DNA of 63,951 nucleotides, the filler included, from Sphacelaria rigidula (Eukaryota): NCBI GenBank assembly GCA_964200075.2. It is 7 parts of 7 records of this genome, joined end to end, with 100 filler letters (N's around TTAATTAATTAA, not from the genome) between each part and the next. Parts side by side here need not be neighbours in the genome. Positions count along the whole stretch, not along the records: positions 45,755 to 54,803 come from CAXNAA020009433.1; positions 54,904 to 63,951 come from CAXNAA020009434.1; 5 more parts are not named here. One strand, written 5' to 3'. This document shows, one piece after another, positions 50,669-63,849 of the stretch; the stretch's first letter is position 1, and each line of letters starts with the position of its first letter. The notes below the pieces were generated by a model that saw only the letters and a program-made list of their open reading frames with translations, did no database searches and was not told the DNA's origin. A program made the translations under genes and the position numbers.

Positions 50669-53600
50669 ACTAAACCCTATATAGTGGCTGTCGGTAGCCC
50701 ACGGAGGAAATAAGAACCCGAGCCTCACGCCAAATAAGATATCTTCGGTGATTGCACTACATCTACCCTCTGGATTATGACCATCGGTGCAAATATCATA
50801 CACCTTTCGCCTGTAGAGCTGTGCAATTCGAGAGGTACGACCGTACGCGTGCTGTCCGTACCGTAAGGCACTGAAACTTCGGCTGCACGTCGTCAGGAGC
50901 AGTCAACAAACCAATGATACGTGTGGGTGAATTTGGAGTTGCGCGTTGCAGCATTATGCAACGGGTTGGGAAGAGATAAGTTTTCTATATATGAGAAATG
51001 GTTTCTGCTTGTGGCGCGAGCCTGCAGCGCTGCACTGTCTGTCCTGTACAGTAAGTATTGTGTGGCTGGCAAAAACTTACGTGTACAAGCAGGGCGAGGT
51101 TTGAGAACTTGTCTGTAGACGATCGCGGTAGAGTTTATTAAGCTAATATTGGAGGAAGACACACAAATAGACAGGGGCAAACAGCGAAAAGGGGTCTTGA
51201 CCGGAAGTCATCATTTTGAAATAACGATAACCGTAACCATAACTGTGACCATAACCACAACCCTAGGCATACCGAGAAACCTCGAGCAAGGAGTGCTCTA
51301 GGCAAGCGTGCGTTGACAGTCCCTCAAGGCGCCGCTTCCGACAAGAACACGTTTTTGCGGTACATGACAGCACTCGATGTACCGCGCAAACTATCATCTC
51401 TCGACACTGAAACAAGAAGCAGAAAACAGCGGAGCATTTGAAAAATTGCACAGCGTCGAGCAGAGCTATTTATCTGCCGTACCTTCTTCACACAATCCTT
51501 CACCATTCGAATCCTCCCTAGATCTTGACATGGTTCACGCACACGTCAATCACAGGATACCCAGCTCGCAGTTGGCTGATGAGCTGCCTCGTGGGACTGT
51601 CGAAAGTTCTGAACCCATTTCAAATATCAATCTGGTTCAGAACCAACAAGGGCCAGAGGTTTGAGGGCCAGCGACAGTGCAGCCGCGACGAAAGATCGAA
51701 AGCATGAGCTCGGGACATGCTGGAAGAAGCACCGTGGTGGCAAGAGGGGGAATGGTTCCGATTAAATCAGACGTAGTTGATGGTGATGATGGTGCTATGG
51801 ATATGGAACATGATAATGACAGCAACAGGTAAGGGCCACTTGAACACCCGTCTTTTACAGCGCAGAACTGTAGTGTACACTACAGCCAGGTTAGACGACG
51901 GGGTATACCACCCCTTCCTGGGCTTTTCAACCCCATATTCTCTGAAATAGCGGCATCACGCTGCCGAAATCTGTGCATTTGGAAAGGTTTATCGTGTCGA
52001 TATACTTGACAAAAACAGCGTATCTCGCGAATCATGCAAGATGTTCTTCTGAACAAAGTCGTCGTAGGAAAAGGTGCAGCTGGTATCATCCGAGGGGAAG
52101 GAGGGTTCTCCATTTGCCTATCTTTTGGTCACCATACTGAATTTTTTCAGTGCTTTGATTCTTTGGCAAGATCTCCTCCATTTGTTTCGATAAATAGCAT
52201 TTATTTGCAGCCGAGAGTCTTGCTTTCCGATCGTAAGAGAGTCGCGGTTCGAATAGCGCCTTTTCGGGTTGGGGGGTGTGGTGGGGGGTGTTATACTCCG
52301 TTCCCTACGGGGTACCTTGAAAGATTAGAAGGCGATTAGCGGTTTTCGCGCCCGCGGCCTGCAGTGAGACCTGACAACCTCATGGAGGATGACGATATTG
52401 CAGACAAGGAAGACCTCCTGGGATATGCGGGCGCTAAAATAGATTTCGCCTGTTTTTGCTGTGGACCATTACAGAAGCGACCCGGTCAGAAGAACCTGAA
52501 AATCAGGCTCAGGCTGACTTTCTTATCTGGTTCAGAGCTTAATTATGGCCTACTGCATTGGACTTAGTCTAGCGCTTGTCCCTGACACTGAATGGTTGCT
52601 TTTTCTTTGCAAACCTCAGCCCGATTTTCTTACAATCTCGTCTCTTAGAGCGGGCCGCTGCCATATCGTATCGCAGCAGGCTAACATAGTTGACGGGGCG
52701 GGTTGGGGTTTCTGTTGGTCGGTGTACCTCAGGCTCGCCAGTAAACAGCCGCGGGGGTTTGTGGAAAGAACGAGCTTACCACTGAGGTACTATGCGAGTT
52801 GCTTGTGTGTGTCAGCTTGTTATTGTTCGTCCTGCTCAATCGGCCCTCGGTGGTAGCAGCAGGAAAAAATCCACGAACCTCCGGCTCAAATCGAACATCG
52901 CCCAGTCACACCCGCACACCCCGCCTGCAGCACGCACACCCCCCACCGCCACACCCTTCAGTTGCTCAACAGCAAACAAGCCGCTCATTTATGTGTCTTA
53001 ACCACCGCCATGTACTTTCACAGTTGCTGTCGCGATCACTGCTACTGCACTCTCAATACTCTCCAAATGGTGAGACGGCAGCGCAGCTGGCTGTTCCTCG
53101 CTTGTTCATGAATAACTTCAGACTGTACTGTATTGTTCGGAAACAAACGGTTCGAAGTGAGTTGTGTTTGTTGATCACATGCATGTATAGTAAGTCTGCG
53201 CAATCATTGCTACTGTACTACCGTTGTACTGTTGAAAATGGTGAGGCGGCGGTGCCTGTGGCTCTGTGGTTTGATTGTCGCACATTAGTGGATGCCCCAG
53301 GAATCCAGCCGTGGTCACATGGTCGACATACCCGAGATGTAACAAAGCGAACCCGCTGAATATCACAGAAGGCGAAACAGACAACGCAGTAGACTGAACA
53401 ACGAAACTAGAAATGGCCCGCCTCTGCAACGTGACTTCGGGTGGAAAAGCTCTTGCATTAAAAAGCACACTTACTATACCCAATCGAAGAAGCACAAGGA
53501 GCCGAAGGATCCAAGGAAGGAAAGATGACGATAAGTTTGCACAATTCACACACAGGTGCCTTGGAAGCGTCTCAGCGTGATTCGGGGTACAAAACAGGAC

Positions 53601-53975
53601 ATACCCCTCTTTTGGAGCAAATATTCTTGGTATTGTGCATCCAGAGACCGGACGCTGTCGACTCCCGAGCATAACTCAGCTTGGACTGTACATGACACGT
53701 TTGAGGCTTGATTTAGTCCTGGGATACCTGTGTCCACGCCTTTTATCACCGTGTGCTATACCCCGCCATACCGAGCATGTTGAAAGCTAATCTGCTTTTA
53801 TTATGATGGTAGTCCTTCGGCTTATGCCGTGACCGTGGTCTGTACGTTTGGGCGGGCGACGGTTGTCTTAGGTCTTGTTTGATATACTGTAGGACATGAG
53901 GGTACCGTTTGATGTGATATCAAACACGATTGTACCAAGCGTCCCCCCTTAGTTCGCGCACAACCGCAGATTTAC

Positions 53976-54220
53976 ATGGTGACAAAATCCCAAGTATCAC
54001 CTGGCCCGCTAAACATGTCACACAGTGATGAACAGGGACAAGAAGACGGCGAAGTGGGAGACGGCGGGAATAGTGACAGCGGCGCATTACATAACCAAGA
54101 TTCTTCCTTCGGGAAGCGGAAGGCCGATGAGTTTTTGAAGCGCCAAGAAGCTACCATGGACGTCACCTTTAGGGCCTCCGTCGTCATACCAGGCGATGAC
54201 GTCACGGCGAAAACAACCAG
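53976..54220 (+). CDS. Possible first exon of an exosome Rrp40-like gene
   Basis: VVIPGDDV motif resembles the Rrp40/Rrp4 N-terminus; later exons not recovered. Confidence 0.4.
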
Positions 54221-54803
54221 GTCACGTAGGATACTGCGTGTACCTCGCGGCTCCCCCCTCCTCCCCCCGGGCGCGCTGAAGTTGTACGAGAGCTTGATCA
54301 TTTCTCACGTTTAGTCTTTTCGTCTGCCCCCATACCGACCATATTTCTTGTTTTTGCCGTCAAAGTCTTTCCCGATCTGATCAGAGTAGACATGCACTCG
54401 ATAGAAGAAAACGCTGATATCCTTTTCAGCGAGATGGAAGTCACCGGCAGAAAATGAAGAAGAAAAGTGAGCGTACTTGAGATAGAGGCAGCTACGCCTG
54501 GCGCCTGTGCCACGCGTGAATACACGGCATATAATTTTTTCTCTCCTCTTTCTTACTGCTCTACCCATCCTTGGGACGAAAGGCACCATAGCCTCCTGAA
54601 CACGATGACGTGTAGGTATGGTGGCAATGAAGGACCCAAATCACCGTCTCGTGGGTGAGAGCGCTGATAATTTCACAGTGTACAGGCTGGGCCGCCTAAG
54701 AAGCGGACTTTCCTCCAGCCGGTTCTAACTGATGATCCACACATCGTGGTAATCTGCAAATCAACGGGCGTCTTTCATTTCACGTGGCACTGCGATCTGA
54801 CAA

Positions 54804-54903
54804 NNNNNNNNNNNNNNNNNNNNNNNNNNNNNNNNNNNNNNNNNNNNTTAATTAATTAANNNNNNNNNNNNNNNNNNNNNNNNNNNNNNNNNNNNNNNNN
54901 NNN
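54804..54903. other. Artificial scaffold spacer
   Basis: Same 100-nt linker. Confidence 0.98.
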
Positions 54904-55064
54904 CGAACTCAATGGTTGCGATACTAAAGATTGTGTTTGGGCCTGCTAGCCCCGGTGCCCACTGAACTGGCATCTTCCTACCCAGGTGGTAAGTATCGTA
55001 CCATGACATACCGACAATAGAGCAAGCAGAAACGACTGTAACCCCAGCTGTTCTAAGGGAAGAG

Positions 55065-57644
55065 TTGCGGCCGCCCAGTTACGGGAGTTTGTATTCTGAG
55101 GGTGCCTCTCGATCGTTTCACACGAGATACATGGAATACAAAAGGAGGGTGGAGCATGCGAATGCAGGAGGTGCGGTGAGGCATCAGGTGGTTTCGATGG
55201 CGCAATTAATACCTACACCCTTGCTACGCGTCTTCGCGAGACGGTTCCATGGAAAGCATACCATAACGCCGCTGCAGCAGTTGGCCGCAGTGATGAAGAA
55301 ACACGCAGGGCATGCTACAGGCGCGGAGGTAGAGCTTGCTCAGGCGTCCGCGGCGGTGGCAAAGGCTGTCGTCGTAATGAACCACAAGGGGAGGACCATG
55401 CGTGAGAGGGTGGAGCCCATAATGGGTAAGCTGGAAACGTATTTTGCTGAAAATCCAAATGTAGAGATAATTTATCGTTCGTCCGATGGGAAATTTCGTC
55501 CAGGGCCCACTGCGGTGGTCACCAAAGCGATCGTGGAGGGTCTGGCACCGGCGGAATTTAAGCAGGCCGTGCTTGTACAGTTACAGCACGAGACAAATTG
55601 GAAGTCGGACCCGTATTTAGTCATGGATACCGTGGTGGATGATACTCATGCATGGCGGCGCGTCGAAGTGTTCGGGAAATCATCCACTTCGTCGCCGCAG
55701 TCTTCGAGCTCGCGTAACCGCGGATCAAAATCCGCAGGCAGTGCCGCCTCCAATTTCACTTGCTTCCAGTGTGGCCAGGTCGATCACATCGCACGGAAGT
55801 GCCCAACGCCTTCTGAAGGGGAGTCTGGGCAGACGAGTGCCGTGCGCCCTCACAAGGGCAAAATACGAGGTAGTCATGATGGCGGCGGTGGCGGACCCTC
55901 CAGCGGTGGAGGTGAACAGTTAAGTTCCCAGCAGCAGCAGCAGCAGCAGCAGGGGTCCGGTTCTCGGTTCGGTTCAGCCGCAGGGGCTGCTGCTCCGCAA
56001 CGGGCGGTGCAGGTGGGACCGGCCTCTCTAGTGTCGGGCTCGGTGCCGGCGCCGCCGGCAGCAGAGCAAGGCGAGACGCCGGCTGCGGAGCCAGCCGGTT
56101 TTCAGCTGCAATTTCGATCGGCTGCTGCGTCGGCCGGGGTGCCGCTTCAATTTGGTTCTGCGGGCGGGGCTTCGTACCCACCGGTGGTGCCGGTGACCCC
56201 AGCGGGGGCGTCTCTGCCTGCGCCGCGCGCGCAGCCTTGGCGCCAAGTGGGGACTACGAACAATCAGTCGGCGGAGCAGGTGCCGGTCGAGGACCAAGAC
56301 AATTATGTCCCTGCCGAGTTATATCCGCCCGATCAACGGGCGCGGGGAGCTATATCGGTCAAAGCGGTGTTGGATTCAGGCGCCCACTTCACGAGCATGT
56401 CGGTGGTAATTGTGGAGATGCTGGAGCGTCTACTCCCCGGTGAGCAAATCCGAATTCCGTTTTCGCTCGGGGCGCGGCAGGCCATCACCGCATCGGGGCA
56501 ACGTATAAATGTGACGGAGCGTACGATTCCCCTACAGTTGGCGTTCCTGACTACTTGGGGGGCAGCAAAATTACTCCCAATATCGTTTACGATCATGCCG
56601 GGGACGGATAGTGTCGTTCTGTTGGACCTACCGACGCTTCGGGGACTCGGAGTCGATCCGTATGATCGGTTGTTGGTGTCCATAAAAACGAAAATGCCGT
56701 CGCCCGGCTCGAGGGTCGAGACGCTTGCTTTTTTGGCCAGTCGCAGAGTGAGCTTGTCGGTTGATGCTCTCCAGGAGGCGGGGGGGCAGGTGTCCGAGGA
56801 GCGTGATCAGGCGGTGGAACGCTTGGTGGAGCGTGGCCCGGAGATATTTATTGATCCGGGGGATGAGGAGTCCGCTCGGAAGGTCGCGCTGAAGGAGAGC
56901 GTGACGGATGCTGGGGCGAAAAATCTCAGCGTCTCAAAAGCAGACTGCCTGCGCGGTATATTGCATTGCCGCGTCAACGCGTTTCGTCGTGCGATGCGGG
57001 GTGATCCCCCTGCGCGCGTGGAGCCCATGCGTGTTCAGCCAAAACCTGGGGCGTTCGCGGTGAAGATGAAGCCGCGGCGGTACGATCCAGTGAAGCCGAG
57101 TTGGTTGGGATTGTGCATGGCGTCTCTTTTGGCGCTCGGGTTGGTGTTACGGAATTTGCAGGCGGGGTGGTCCAGTCCGGATAATGCGTTTCCGAAGCAG
57201 GCAGCATCGTGGACGGAGGGCAGGCTGCAGACGTAGGCGGCAGCGAAGGATCTAGTGGCTGATGCAGTGACGCCGCTCTATCCTCGTCCAGATTGTCAGG
57301 TGTCAATGTTTCCGGATGCATTTGAGTGCCATTGGGATAGTTGTGTAACGCAGGTGCCTGATGCAGAAATGCGTTGGGCAAAAATTGATAGGGAAGTTTT
57401 TGCTATCATGAGCACTTTTCGTCGTCTTGAGCATTCATTGTGGAATGGCGCACACATTTTCACGGATCCCCGAAATGTAGCGTACAGTTCCAACCTGGAG
57501 GCATGCGTGACGTCTGTGCCGAAGGCGTTGGCACAGCGGTTGGAGGGGTGGAAGGGAGTATTAGGACAGTATCGGATCACGATTTGTCATATTTCGGGTG
57601 AGCGCAACGCGTGGGGTGACTCGCTGTCGCGCTGGGTCTGCTAG
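55065..57644 (+). mobile_element. Ty3/Gypsy gag-pol relic with RT core deleted
   Basis: CCHC knuckle CFQCGQVDHIARKC, protease VLDSGA, RT start (WSSP..FPK), RNase H (REVFAI, IFTD, HISGERNAWGDSLSR). Confidence 0.92.
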
Positions 57645-58342
57645 CGTCACAAGCTGGAGCTGCTCGCGAGCATAGTAAGTTCTTTCTCGACTCAATTTCA
57701 GGTATTGGCGGTGTACGAATTCCATCTGCTATATATGGTGTAAATGAGATTTTCTGTACAGCTTAAGCTCTTCGAAATGAATTCTTTTCCCCCTACTTCA
57801 AGTTTGGAATCAGAATGTATTTCGAACAGCAGAGGCTGTCCAAATTCCATATTTCCATAATGCACGTATGCTTCTAAAAACAATTCGGTGGATTTCAGTG
57901 TGACTGACACGGACCTTCGAGGGCCCTAAAATTCAGAAGTACAAAAAATGCATTCCACCCACAACGATCACCATGAGTAGCTCAGTATGTAACCGGTTGA
58001 CAATCTAACGGGGAAATCGTGGGTTCTGCGTCAGTTTTTTTTTTCGTCAGTACCTTGCGCCCGCAGCTGCATGTGGAGGGTAGTGTTTGTGCGTGAACAC
58101 ACTATACAGCATTGCCAGGAGCGATGAACTCTTCACGGGGTGACAGAATCGTGTGATGCACACTATTCATGTCCACTGTAGAGAAACCCTGTGGAGCGTC
58201 CTGTGCTACGCTGGAAAACACTGTACAGTAAAATTCTCGCCAGGAACACTGCGCAGGGTACATGAACCCTGTAGACCCCCTCCACAGGGTGCTATCTGTC
58301 CACGTGTGCGACTTCAGTTACTGACAACTGAATATAATTGAA

Positions 58343-61300
58343 TGTCGTCGAGCTGAACACTAGTACATGTGTACGTGGATTAATTCGGATATATGCGGTG
58401 CAGATTGATGACATATCATGGGTACCAGATTTCGTCCACGGCAACGGATTGTGTTATGACTGGATGTATTACATATGAGGGAACCCAGCATGCGGTCCTA
58501 CCTTCCATGCTCAGTTCTGGTTTTGGTGCATTTCGGTCTTTGCGCTTAGGGTGGAAAAAAGCAGCTCGGGTGGAGCGTGCACGGTTGATGTCTAGTGAGT
58601 GAAGGTTAAAAGAGTTTAATACAAGAAGAAGGTATACACGTTCCCTGCCCAGAGCGCGTCCTCTACGGGAGAGCCCCTATATCAATTACGCTGGCGATTT
58701 TGAAACGGGTTGAGTGCAGCCGGGAAAAGCAGGGAAGTAAGAAGCGAGTTTGAGCAATATACAGCAGCCTTCACAGCGCTTGAGCCAGCTCGACGCAAAA
58801 TACAGCAGCATTTGATAGCGCTTGAGCCGACGAGGAAGGGAGTCAACAAGTGAGAGGTCAAAAACGTTTGAGATCATCAATTTAACAACAAGTAACAGTA
58901 ATAGATAATTAAAGTCGATCGATGACTAACATGAAGAAGTATCGTGCGGAAGAGTTGACGGCAAAACTTCGGCTCATGAAGGTACAGCAGACCGAAAAAT
59001 TGCGAATCATGGAAGAAAAACAAGCAGAGATGGAAGGAAAACAGGTAGAGCTTATTGAGACCGCAAAACGCGATGCTATTCTAGATTACGAAATAGATAG
59101 GAGTACGCATTTCGGCGCAGGCGCACAAGGTTATCCCACGGTGGGTTCAGCAAACCGAGATCGGCAGAACAACTCACGGAATTTCCAGGAGTCCCGAAAC
59201 GATAACTATACGGGAGGACAACGTGCCCAACCGAACTTTGTCAGAGTACGTAACAATACGAGTATTCACCCATGGGACGGTTCTGTAAAAGCAGGGGAAA
59301 GTTTGGAGTCGAAGTTTCGTGTGTTTCAAGTGCAGATGATCGGATATTTCGTGCGGAGAAATGTTACGATGCCCTGTTTGTTAAGGACCCCATTCGCATT
59401 TTTCATGGATCAGAGGAGGAATTGATAGCGCAGCATGGGTACAGGGCAGCAGGGAAAGCTCAGCGGGCCCACGAACATTTTACTCGAGAAGATCATAGCC
59501 CCCGGAATGGTCGAGAATTTTGCGATGCTTGGGTCACCTAGTTAGTCGTGGGAATCCTTCGTCTAGCGCTACACCGTTTCCCCCACCACAGGAAAAGCCC
59601 GTCTAGAGCAAAAGTGGACATGCCTACAGATGTCCCCGGGCGAAGGCTCTCTCGTTTTCTGGCGAATTTCATTCTCCGGAAAAAGGCATCATTTCGGTCA
59701 CATACTTTCGGAGTTTGATGCCAACAGGCGTTACGCACGTAGGCTGTCGTCAGAGTACGAGATTCAGACAGGAGTTCTCCTCGCCATATCAGATTGATGC
59801 AGAGACCCTACACCGAACGATGAAAACTGCTCATGCTGAAATGGAACTGTCAAGCAGTAGGGCAGACTCTGCGGATAATCATGCTTTACCTGCCATAGGT
59901 CATGATTGTAATGCGTGAGAGGACCGCGTGCTTAGAGGACCGCGCCGTTGTTCAAAATACCTCAGGATCAACGTTTTTCAAAACCAATCGGGTCAGTCCC
60001 TGCAGGTACCACGCCCCTGACCCTAACCCTAACACTAACCCTAACCCTGACCCTGACCAGAAGGATGTTAAAACTTCGATGCGGTCCTCTAACCACGCGG
60101 TCCTCTCATTTATTACAATGATGACTCCGACAGGGACGTATCGGCGACGCGACGTGGGACTCGGAGGGGCAGGAGAAACAACAACTGCCGGAAATGCGGT
60201 TCAAACCGCAATGGCCATCAATCATCATACAGCAACCTCCAATCAGCTGACCAGCAACGATCACCGAAAGATACTTCTCGTCCACATTCCCAATCCTCAT
60301 CCCCACGCCAATCTCACAACAGCAATAACAACTTCAACCACAACGCAAACCCCCAAACCTCGTCATACAATGTTCGCAACTGCAATATTTGCTATGATCG
60401 AGGTGTGAACTCCCATTCACGAAGTGATGGGCGGAGTATTGTCGACCGCCGACAGGGATATCGAGATTTCAATCCAGCACATCGTTCCGCACATCACGGG
60501 GAAAACCACCCCCTCGTGATCACTCCTCCAACAGCTCCCACGCTCATGCGAATCATGTAGAGCGATCCCAGGATTCCGTCTCCGATGACCGCTTCGTCTC
60601 ACGAGACGGTTATAACTTCGATGGCGCAGGATTCGCCCATTCCGCACAACTCCCCCCTCAATACTATGCCGAGCAGCAACCACAGCTCCTACCATCGCAT
60701 CACATCCATCCCCAGCAGCAACCAAACGAACACCATGGCTACTATCAGTAACAGCCACCGCCGTGGCAACAATATCAACAGCAATGGCAACAATATCCCA
60801 CTCCGCAATACAGCCCTCATGATCATCAATACCAATCTGCAGCTCCACGTCACGACACATACCAGCAACATCATCAGCAACATCATCAGCAGCCGGCAGC
60901 CCACCCCACTACATCATCCCCGCCTGTCGATACGTTCCCTGCTGAATATCCACGACTACTAATGGCGCGTTCCATGCCCGCAGGTGAGTCTCGTTTTCGG
61001 CTTGGTGATTACGATTTACGTACAGGTATGATGTGCTAGGTGGTGGTACTGCATCTGGTGAAGGTGATCATACAGAGGAATGGCTCGCAGATACCGGCAC
61101 TACGTATCATGTTACGGAGTCATCCTACGATAGGGGGGGGGGTATTTTTGCGCCATTTGTTGCTCGAAATTTCGAGTCAGATCGTCGTTAAAAGCAGCAA
61201 CGATTGTTATAACAAGCTCGTTGTGGATCAATAATGCTCATGCATACTTCCTGTCACTGTTTTGTAACAAANNNNNNNNNNACTGAGTTCGGACACACTT

Positions 61301-61440
61301 ATGAGCCTCGTTCTTCGTGCAACCAAGTACCCCCCCCCCCCTATCGTAGGATGACTCTACGGGTAGTGTAGATGACGTTTTTGATGTACGGCCCCCTCCT
61401 TAGAGCATGGAACATTTCGAGATGGGTGACGGTGATACGA
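58343..61440 (+). mobile_element. Decayed Ty1/Copia element A (possible LTR 58343-58684, gag, protease)
   Basis: TG..CA segment; gag-like ORF from 58922 with frameshifts; Copia protease WLADTGTTYHVT at ~61080-61116. Confidence 0.75.
61117..61357. mobile_element. MITE family B (Sola-like, GAG...CTC termini) inserted in the Copia protease
   Basis: TIR GAGTCATCCTACGATAG-G-run; perfect TSD TACG; protease frame resumes afterwards (G-S-V-D-D-V-F). Confidence 0.92.
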
Positions 61441-61501
61441 AATTGTCTACACATTCCTCTATATAGTCAATGTATAGTAGCACTATTCATGCATTGCTCA
61501 T

Positions 61502-63849
61502 TGTTGTAGTGTGGCTATAAAGTACAGTCTGTATATTATGTGCCGGTTGGCATGTAACGTCGGCGGAGGAATATGCCAACATCTGTAAAGCAGATGTTGA
61601 TGAGCTGTGCTCGGTGTTCGAGCTCACTCCTTGTTTACCTTCCTGGTTTGTCTGGGTTCCTTATCACCTCTAGGATCACCATCCTACCTGGGCAATCAGC
61701 AGCCTGTGTCTGTCTACTTCAATTATTTGTGTTTGTCGCAAGCGCCTTGTTCACAACATCGAACCATTGTCTTCTGCTCTGAAGTACTGCTGTAGTTCTG
61801 CTGCCCAAGCTTTCCGACGCCCTAGATCCGACTAACCTCGGTGGAGTCGGCCTCTGATCCCGCGTGCAGGGATACACACAACAATATCCACAAGAGGTTA
61901 TGAGCCTCGCGAGTAACTTTTTGGAAGTTGCAGTTGGTTGGCAACACAACACAGAGATTGACTGAGCCTTTGGTTGGAGATTTACTTTCAGTCAACCTGC
62001 TTGCTGTTTGGACGCGGACTGATCACCCGGCGTTCAAGACTGCACAAGATAAGGACACGGTACGTTGTATCTGTGTCGAGTATTCGAGGGGCATTGTGTC
62101 TACGAGCCACTTCCGGGCGGCGCATAGAGCTTTGCACACTTGAGAGTTGTAACAAACCTCAAAACAGAGCCTGCGCACAAACTGCGCAGCAAAGTCTGCT
62201 GAGAGTCAGACGTTGGCCTGATAGCACCGTAACACCGTGTTTGTCAGCCGCATTAAGCCTACACTTTACAGGGTGTGGCCTACACTGGAGCAGGTGTAGT
62301 GGCGCCCAATCAAGCCTACACTTTACAGAGTGTAGCCTACACTGGAGGTGTAGTGTCTGAGCGGTACATCTGACCAGTGTGCCTGTAGGGCGTGACCGGA
62401 GTTGGCAACTCCGGCGTCACAGCACCGCAACTTAGCTACCTGCGGTCGGTCAGTAAGTACACAAACTTACTTCACAGCTTTTTTCTGAATCACCCTCAGG
62501 GGCCTCTACTTACTTTAGACAATATTACGCGCCTGTGGCGCTCATCAGGTTCATCGGATCTCCGGGCGTGCAGTCATGGCGGAATCGTCTTCCTTGCATA
62601 GCACATCACAGTTTATATCGAAATGCTCGGGCCCTGGATATCGCGAATGGAAGTCGAAAATGCGTCAGGCTGTCGGCTTTCATTCGCCCGAGGTACTGGC
62701 CGTTTTGGATGGGACTCCGCATCCTCATCCCTCGGCCACGAATAGTGAAGATGTCGCTAAATGGTACCAAGCGAACGGAAACCTTCTCTCACCTTTATAC
62801 TTCGCACCAGAAGGATCCACACACATAACTGTAAAAGCGTACGAAGCGACTTCTGCAGCTGGATCTCTTGGAAACGGAGCGGCGGCGTAGAAAACGCTCG
62901 ACGATAGATTTGGCGGGAGTACAAAGGAAGTCCGTATTGCATGCTGGAGAAAGCTCTTTTCTACAGTGATGACTTCTGGCGAGGGCCCTTCCGATTTTTT
63001 GTCGAAGATGGATGATTTGCGTGCTCGATTGCAAGAAATGGGAGATATTTTCCCTGACGAAAGCTACGAAGATGTGATTTTTCGTGCTCTCCTAAAGAAG
63101 TACGACTTCGTTCGACCAAACCAGTCACCGCGACCCCTCACTTTGCCTCCTAGAAATCCGATCTACTGTCATCAACATGTACATTGACGAACGTTCTCGG
63201 AAATCGTCGGGCCTATCCGTCACTGGACGTGAAGTAACAATGGCAGCTGCGCCCGACAGGGTCTAATGTTACAAATGCAAAAATTACGGACACCGCCGGC
63301 GTTATTGCCGAGAACCTACCAAACAGCAACACCCCAAACATGACAAGAATAAACCCTCCAAGAAAGGTGGCGGTGGCGACAAATGGTGTTCGTATCACCG
63401 ATCGAAGATCTATTCCGATGATGAATGTCACGCGCAAGCGAAACTGAAAAATCAAACGCCTCCTCAAGCCCACTTTGCACAAGTGGGGAGTGCCCATCTC
63501 CCGGCAGACGAGGACAACTCGTTTGGGTTTTCGTTCTCCGCCATAAGACACGCTGCAAACACCACCGCATTCAACACGACGACGACATCTGTCAACTCTC
63601 CGACGCCAACGGCTACCGGGAAATACGAAATACAGTCAGGACCACCACAGGCTGAAGTTAGACAACGCCTTCAACAAAAGAACACCTCTGGACTTCTTGG
63701 TGCATTCGGAGGGGCTTTCATTACGTCTACTTCAAGTTCGAGCGCCGATTTGAGTTCGACAGTTACATCCATCATCATGCTGGTGGATAGTGGGGCATCT
63801 GACACATTCGTAGATCCTTCGCTCTTACCGAATTTCTCACTTCGTATGA
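61502..63849 (+). mobile_element. Decayed Ty1/Copia element B (LTR ~61502-61895, PBS 61896-61906, gag from 62576, protease)
   Basis: PBS GGTTATGAGCC; gag YREWKSKM...DFLSKMDDLRARLQEMG; knuckle CYKCKNYGHRRRYC; MLVDSGASD. Confidence 0.88.

Noticed and set aside
51576-51606. CTGATGAG...CGAAA hammerhead-ribozyme-like core
   Set aside because: Stem II does not pair and stems I/III were not found
46600-52570. Possible multi-exon gene(s) upstream of the METTL16-like exon
   Set aside because: Several candidate exons exist, but frame, strand and product could not be fixed by eye
22288-54220. RNA-metabolism gene cluster (RlmH, Prp18, METTL16, Rrp40-like)
   Set aside because: The genes lie on two unlinked scaffolds; only the RlmH-Prp18 and METTL16-Rrp40-like pairs share a scaffold
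60015-60058. CCCTAA telomere-like repeats
   Set aside because: Short and degenerate, inside the low-complexity region of a Copia gag; not a chromosome end
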